Notes under the pieces: model-generated
Seen by the model: the letters and a program-made list of their open reading frames with translations, nothing else
What the model was told of the DNA's origin: nothing
The model's database searches: none
NCBI GenBank assembly: GCA_043819135.1
Contig: JBDRFG010000020.1
Coordinates: 1-20,304, forward strand
DNA: 20,304 bases
Direction: 5' to 3'
Source of the DNA: Candidatus Eiseniibacteriota bacterium
GTDB taxonomy: Bacteria; Joyebacterota; Joyebacteria; Joyebacterales; Joyebacteraceae
Translations under genes and position numbers: made by a program
Shown: piece after piece, positions 16,190-20,304 of the stretch
Layout of the letters: the number at the start of each line of letters is the position of its first letter
Position numbering within the stretch: position 1 is the first letter of the stretch

Positions 16190-17713
16190 ATGGCGATAGT
16201 CCTGAACGGCAAGGGTCTGACTGTCGAGAAGCTGGTTCGCATCGCGCGGCACGGGGAGAAGGTCGAGATACCGCCGGAGGCGTGGGAGCGGATCAAGGTC
16301 TGCCGGGCGATGCTCGAGGAGAAGATCGTCGCCAAGGAGATCATGTACGGGGTCAACACCGGGATAGGGGAGTTCTCCGAGGTAGTCCTCGACGATGATC
16401 AGACCGAGCAGTTTCAGAGGTACCTCATCTACAATCACGCGGCCGGGATCGGCGACCTCGCGCCCATAGAGTACGTGCGCGGCGCCATGGCGGGGCGTAT
16501 CAACGTGCAGGTTCAGGGCAAGTCGGGATGTCGCCCCGAGATCGTTGAGACGCTCGCCGCGATGCTGAACAAGGGTGTGACTCCCGCGGTCTGTCAGAAG
16601 GGGTCGGTCGGCGCGTCCGGCGACCTCGCACCGATGTCGCAGATCGCGCTCCTCATGATGGGCGAGGGCGAGGCGTTCTTCGAGGGCGAACTCATGCCCG
16701 GTCGTGAGGCTCTCGACAAGGCGGGCATCCCGGTGCCCGGTCTCAAGGCCAGGGACGGACTGTCCACGATCAACGGTTCGAATCTTCTGACGGCGATGAG
16801 CGCCATCCACATCTACGACATGAACCGGTGGCTCAAGCAGGCGGAGATCGCCTGCGCGATGACCCTCGAGGCGCTTCTCGCGAACATGAAGCCGTACAAC
16901 GCGCTTCTGCACGAGGTGCGCGGGTTCGCGGGCGCGATGCGGACGGCCAAGGCGCTCCGAACATGCATAGAGGGCAGCGACCTCGTCACGGGCAAGCTGA
17001 AGGTCAAGGTGCAGGACGCCTACTCGATGCGCTCGACGCCTCAGGTGATCGGGGCGGCGCACGACGCCATCGCGTACGCGAAGAGCCAGGTCGAGATCGA
17101 GCTCAACGGCATCGGCGACAATCCCATATTCTTCCCTGAGCACAAGCTGACGCTCACGGGCGCGAACTTCCAGGGCTCGCCGGTCGGCCTGCCCATGGAC
17201 ATGGCCGGCACGGCGATAACGATGGTCAGCGTCCTCTCGGAGAGGCGCCTGAACAGGCTGACCAACCCGGCGCTCTCGATCGGTCTACCACCCTTCCTGA
17301 CGAAGGGCGCGGGCATGATGTCGGGGATGATGCTGAGCCAGTACACCGCGTGCATGCTCATCGTCGAGCAGAAGCTCCTCTCGGCCCCGGCCAGCATCCA
17401 GTCCATACCCGCGGCCGCCGATCAGGAGGACTTCGTTTCGATGGCCATGAACACCGCCATCAAGAACGGGCAGATCCTGGACAACGCGTACGGCATTCTC
17501 GGCATCGAGTTCATGGCCGCGGCGCAGGCGCTCGACTTCCGCGAGTTCACTCCGGGCAAGGGAGTGCAGAAGGCGCGCGAGGTCATCAGGAAGCACATCG
17601 CGCACCTCGATGAGGACCGCCCGCTCTACCCCGACCATACGAAGATGAAGGATGTCGTGCGGTCCTGCGAGATCCTCGAGGCGGTCGAGGCCGCGGTCGG
17701 AAGTCTCGAATAG
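16190..17713 (+). CDS. hutH: MIO-dependent aromatic amino acid ammonia-lyase, most likely histidine ammonia-lyase (HutH-like)
   Basis: Motifs YGVNTG.G, NHAAG.G, GSVGASGDLAP (Ala-Ser-Gly MIO triad), INGS, QDAYS.R, DNP, ERR.NRL and QED.VSM. The family is certain. The substrate is inferred from the His and QED residues. Confidence 0.75.
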   Translation: MAIVLNGKGLTVEKLVRIARHGEKVEIPPEAWERIKVCRAMLEEKIVAKEIMYGVNTGIGEFSEVVLDDDQTEQFQRYLIYNHAAGIGDLAPIEYVRGAMAGRINVQVQGKSGCRPEIVETLAAMLNKGVTPAVCQKGSVGASGDLAPMSQIALLMMGEGEAFFEGELMPGREALDKAGIPVPGLKARDGLSTINGSNLLTAMSAIHIYDMNRWLKQAEIACAMTLEALLANMKPYNALLHEVRGFAGAMRTAKALRTCIEGSDLVTGKLKVKVQDAYSMRSTPQVIGAAHDAIAYAKSQVEIELNGIGDNPIFFPEHKLTLTGANFQGSPVGLPMDMAGTAITMVSVLSERRLNRLTNPALSIGLPPFLTKGAGMMSGMMLSQYTACMLIVEQKLLSAPASIQSIPAAADQEDFVSMAMNTAIKNGQILDNAYGILGIEFMAAAQALDFREFTPGKGVQKAREVIRKHIAHLDEDRPLYPDHTKMKDVVRSCEILEAVEAAVGSLE

Positions 17714-17717
17714 GGGA

Positions 17718-17737
17718 GGGCGGCCCTCCGGCCGCCC
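17718..17737 (+). terminator. Hairpin right after the ammonia-lyase stop codon
   Basis: GGGCGGCC-CTCC-GGCCGCCC forms a perfect 8-bp stem without a T-tract. A second hairpin, GGGCGG-TCTT-CCGCCT followed by GTTT, lies at about 17773-17792. Confidence 0.4.
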
Positions 17738-17739
17738 GT

Positions 17740-17768
17740 GTGACAGAGGGGCCCGTATGTGGTAAACT
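17740..17768 (+). promoter_or_regulatory. Sigma70-type promoter for the GlsB/ABC genes
   Basis: GTGACA (17740-17745), N17, TAAACT (17763-17768), with a TG extension at 17760-17761. Confidence 0.55.
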
Positions 17769-17846
17769 GTGCGGGCGGTCTTCCGCCTGTTTGGGGGGAA
17801 TCGCCCGCGATTGTTTGTCTGTAGACCTGAGACAGGAGGGCCAACC

Positions 17847-18104
17847 GTGGGTCTTCTCGCGTGGATCATCTTCGGCGCGCTGGCCGGCTGGGTCGCCAGC
17901 AGGATAACCGGCAGGCAGCAGGGGTGCTGCCTCAACATCGTCGTCGGGGTCGTCGGTGCCTTCATCGGCGGCATCATCGTTCAGTTCGCGACCGGCCGGG
18001 GCTTCAGCCTGGGATTCAACCTTCCCAGCTTCGCGGTCGCCATTCTCGGCGCCGTGATCCTGCTCGCCATAGCCGGAATAGCCACCCGGCCTCTCCGCAT
18101 GTGA
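17847..18104 (+). CDS. GlsB/YeaQ/YmgE family stress-response membrane protein (transglycosylase-associated)
   Basis: GTG at 17847 after AGGAGG; 85 aa. Pattern WIIFGALAGWVAS...NIVVGVVGAFIGG...SFAVAILGAVILL. Confidence 0.92.
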   Translation: MGLLAWIIFGALAGWVASRITGRQQGCCLNIVVGVVGAFIGGIIVQFATGRGFSLGFNLPSFAVAILGAVILLAIAGIATRPLRM

Positions 18105-18143
18105 TCCTGGCGGACCCGGAAGCAGGTTCCTACCGGAGGTACG

Positions 18144-18845
18144 GTGACGCCCTTCGTTCATACCAGTGATCTCTTCAAGACCTACCAGAAGGGTACCGTG
18201 CCCATTCCCGTGCTTCAGGGCGTTTCTCTGGAGATGGAGAAGGGCGAGTACGTCTCCGTCGTCGGGCGGTCGGGGTCGGGCAAGTCGACGCTCCTCAATC
18301 TCCTCGGGGGCCTGGACACCGCGACATCGGGCCGCATCGTCGTGGGCGACTCCGAGGTGACGTCGCTCAGCCGGCAGGATCTGGCGGTTCACCGCCGGTC
18401 CACCGTCGGGATGATCTTCCAGTCGTTCAATTTGATCCCGTCGAGAACCGCCCTCGAGAACATCACGCTCGCGCTCGCGTTCGGGAGCTACCCCCGGAGT
18501 GACAGGAGACGGCGTGCGGCCGAGCTTCTCACCTCGGTCGGTCTCGAGCATCGCCTGAGCCACACGCCCGGAGAGCTCTCGGGCGGCGAGGCCCAGCGTG
18601 TCGCCATCGCACGCGCGCTCGCGAACAGCCCCGACGTGCTCCTGGCGGACGAGCCCACGGGCAACCTGGACAGCAAGACCGCCGAGGAGATAGTCGGGCT
18701 CCTGGAGTCGCTCAACCGGGAGCAGGGGCTGACGGTCGTCATGGTCAGCCACGACGAGGCCGCGGCGCGCAAGGTTTCGCACCGCGTGTTCAGGCTGATG
18801 GACGGCCGTGTGACAGACGAACTGAGCGGGAGGAGCGACCGATGA
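18144..18845 (+). CDS. ABC transporter ATP-binding protein (LolD/MacB-type)
   Basis: Walker A GRSGSGKST, Q-loop FQSFNL, signature LSGGE, Walker B LLADEPTGNLD and H-loop SHD. GGAGG lies at 18135-18139. Confidence 0.95.
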   Translation: MTPFVHTSDLFKTYQKGTVPIPVLQGVSLEMEKGEYVSVVGRSGSGKSTLLNLLGGLDTATSGRIVVGDSEVTSLSRQDLAVHRRSTVGMIFQSFNLIPSRTALENITLALAFGSYPRSDRRRRAAELLTSVGLEHRLSHTPGELSGGEAQRVAIARALANSPDVLLADEPTGNLDSKTAEEIVGLLESLNREQGLTVVMVSHDEAAARKVSHRVFRLMDGRVTDELSGRSDR

Positions 18846-20248
18846 CACCTCCCGACCTGTGGCGTCTCTCGCTCGAGAATCTGTGGCGGACGAAGCTCCG
18901 GAGCGTGCTGACGACGCTCGGGGTCGTCATAGGCATAGGCGCGCTCGTGTCGATGGTCAGCTTCGGGATCGGCATGCAGGAGAACGTCACCAAGGAGTTC
19001 CGCGAGAACGACCTCTTCACGAGCATGCAGGTGCTTCCGGCGGCTATTGACGTGGGCGAGATCATGGCGGGCAATCTGGAGCCACCAGAGCACCTGAAAG
19101 CGCTGACCGACTCGGCCGTGGAGGCCATCCGGGCGCTGCCCGCGGTCGAACTCGCGTACCCCGAGATCCGTTTCCCGGTCACGGTGCGTATGATGGGAAA
19201 GGAAGCCAGGACGAATCTCCAGGCCGTCCCGGCAGCAATGGGGCAGTTCAAGCCCTTCAGCGAACTCGAGTACGGGAGCTTCTACGAGGGCGACGCTGAC
19301 TCGGCCGTCGTGCTCACCGTGCGCCTCCTGGACGAACTCGGATTCCGGCTTGCGGAGGAGCCCGTCGACACCCGCCCCGACGAGTCGGACGCCGGCGAGT
19401 TTGTGACTATCTCCGCCGACTCCCTCATCGGGAGGGAGATCGAGATCGTCAGTTCGACGGTCGACCTCCAGAGCGCCGCCAGGTCGTTCATGCGGAGCTT
19501 CACTCCTCCGTCACGGCTTCCTCTCAAGGAGGAGATAGTCCGTCTGAAGGTGGTAGGAGTGCGTGGGCGGGCCATGGGCTTCGGTGCGGCACGGTTGCGC
19601 GGGGGTGTTACCGTTCCCATCGATATCGGCACCTCCATGCCGCGGCTCGGTTTTTCCGACGTGTGGGATCTGTTGGACGGCTCCGGCGAGACGGAGGGCT
19701 ACGGGTCCGTCTACGTGCGCACGACGGGAGTCAAAGACATCTCGGCCGTGAGGGAGGCCGTCGAGGAGATGGGCTTCGGCGTCCTGGCCCTTGTCGATCA
19801 GCTCGAGGAGATCAAGCAGAGCTTCCTCATCATGGACGCCCTCCTGGGCGCCGTCGGCACCATCGCTCTCATTGTCGCCGCGCTTGGGATCATCAACACG
19901 ATGGTGACGTCGATCCTGGAGCGTACCCGTGAGATAGGCGTGATGAAGGCGATAGGCGGAAGCGAGAGGGACATCCGGTGGATATTCTTCTCGGAGGCGG
20001 CGACGATCGGTTTCTTCGGAGGCGTCTTCGGGCTCGCGCTCGGCTGGGTCGTGACGAGGATAGCCAACGCGGTGGCCAACCACTACCTGCGCCCTCAGGG
20101 CGTGCCCGAGGTGGACCTGTTCTACATGCCGCTCTGGCTGATAGCGGGCGCCATGGTGTTCGCCGTCGGCGTGAGCCTGCTTGCCGGGCTCTACCCGGCC
20201 TCGCGCGCGGCCCGCGTGGACCCAGTCCAGGCGCTGCGACACGACTAG
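18842..20248 (+). CDS. ABC transporter permease (MacB periplasmic core + FtsX domain)
   Basis: KLRSVLTTLGVVIGI (TM1), a large extracytoplasmic loop, GIINTMVTSILERTREIGVMKAIG and GLYPASRAARVDPVQALR. It overlaps the ATPase gene through ATGA. Confidence 0.95.
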   Translation: MTPPDLWRLSLENLWRTKLRSVLTTLGVVIGIGALVSMVSFGIGMQENVTKEFRENDLFTSMQVLPAAIDVGEIMAGNLEPPEHLKALTDSAVEAIRALPAVELAYPEIRFPVTVRMMGKEARTNLQAVPAAMGQFKPFSELEYGSFYEGDADSAVVLTVRLLDELGFRLAEEPVDTRPDESDAGEFVTISADSLIGREIEIVSSTVDLQSAARSFMRSFTPPSRLPLKEEIVRLKVVGVRGRAMGFGAARLRGGVTVPIDIGTSMPRLGFSDVWDLLDGSGETEGYGSVYVRTTGVKDISAVREAVEEMGFGVLALVDQLEEIKQSFLIMDALLGAVGTIALIVAALGIINTMVTSILERTREIGVMKAIGGSERDIRWIFFSEAATIGFFGGVFGLALGWVVTRIANAVANHYLRPQGVPEVDLFYMPLWLIAGAMVFAVGVSLLAGLYPASRAARVDPVQALRHD

Positions 20249-20262
20249 AGAGGAGCAGAGAG

Positions 20263-20304
20263 ATGAGGGCACTGTTCGTTCTTCTCACCGCCGCGGCACT
20301 CCTG
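20263..20304 (+). CDS. 5' end of a probable secreted protein (truncated by the window edge)
   Basis: GAGGAG is followed by ATG at 20263. MRALFVLLTAAALL looks like a signal peptide, and the frame is open to the end of the window. Confidence 0.6.
   Translation, partial: MRALFVLLTAAALL

Noticed and set aside
16190..17713. Ergothioneine trimethylammonia-lyase (suggested by the nearby sulfur genes)
   Set aside because: Ergothionases lack the Ala-Ser-Gly MIO triad, and this protein has it intact.
15071..18848. Very long antisense ORFs (15071-17143, 17586-18848; also 1-747, 9871-10746 and 11157-12026)
   Set aside because: They are shadow frames opposite well-supported genes in high-GC DNA, with Arg/Ala/Gly-rich composition and no recognisable motifs.
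1..20304. CRISPR arrays, IS elements, prophage genes, tRNA/rRNA
   Set aside because: I found no regularly spaced repeats, terminal inverted repeats, transposase/integrase ORFs or RNA-gene signatures by eye. All intergenic gaps are under about 300 nt.

Overview
A GC-rich (roughly two-thirds G+C, judged by eye), gene-dense bacterial chromosomal segment. It holds about 21 complete ORFs, almost all on the + strand, and the start of one more. I see no rRNA, tRNA, CRISPR array, transposase, integrase or phage genes. From 58 to 2767 are a PD-(D/E)XK restriction-endonuclease-like gene, a Cof-type HAD phosphatase, a class I SAM methyltransferase, and a short ORF matching only the C-terminus of aminoglycoside 6-adenylyltransferases, followed by a terminator hairpin. 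From 2949 to 6919 are a small secreted protein (-), a small membrane protein, a DUF4405 cytochrome-b-like protein, a Cys-rich DUF3795 protein, and a large lipoprotein (-) preceded by a well-formed sigma54 promoter. From 7207 to 12852 are cysK-cysE, a DUF4140/DUF4139 secreted protein with an inserted TonB-receptor-like N-terminal module, a stand-alone molybdenum-cofactor-sulfurase-type PLP enzyme, and a GNAT acetyltransferase. From 12949 to the end are an L-fucose-isomerase-like protein, an alkyltransferase-like (PWHRV) protein, an M20 dipeptidase, an MIO ammonia-lyase (HutH-like), a GlsB/YeaQ protein and a MacB/LolD-type ABC pair. Family calls come from motifs I recognised by eye, not from database searches. 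Start codons were refined from Shine-Dalgarno (SD) positions. The best leads are the MOSC-less Moco-sulfurase-like enzyme near cysK-cysE, the orphan nuclease, the DUF4139/TonB-module chimera and the internally deleted ANT(6) gene. None of these is proven novel from sequence alone.
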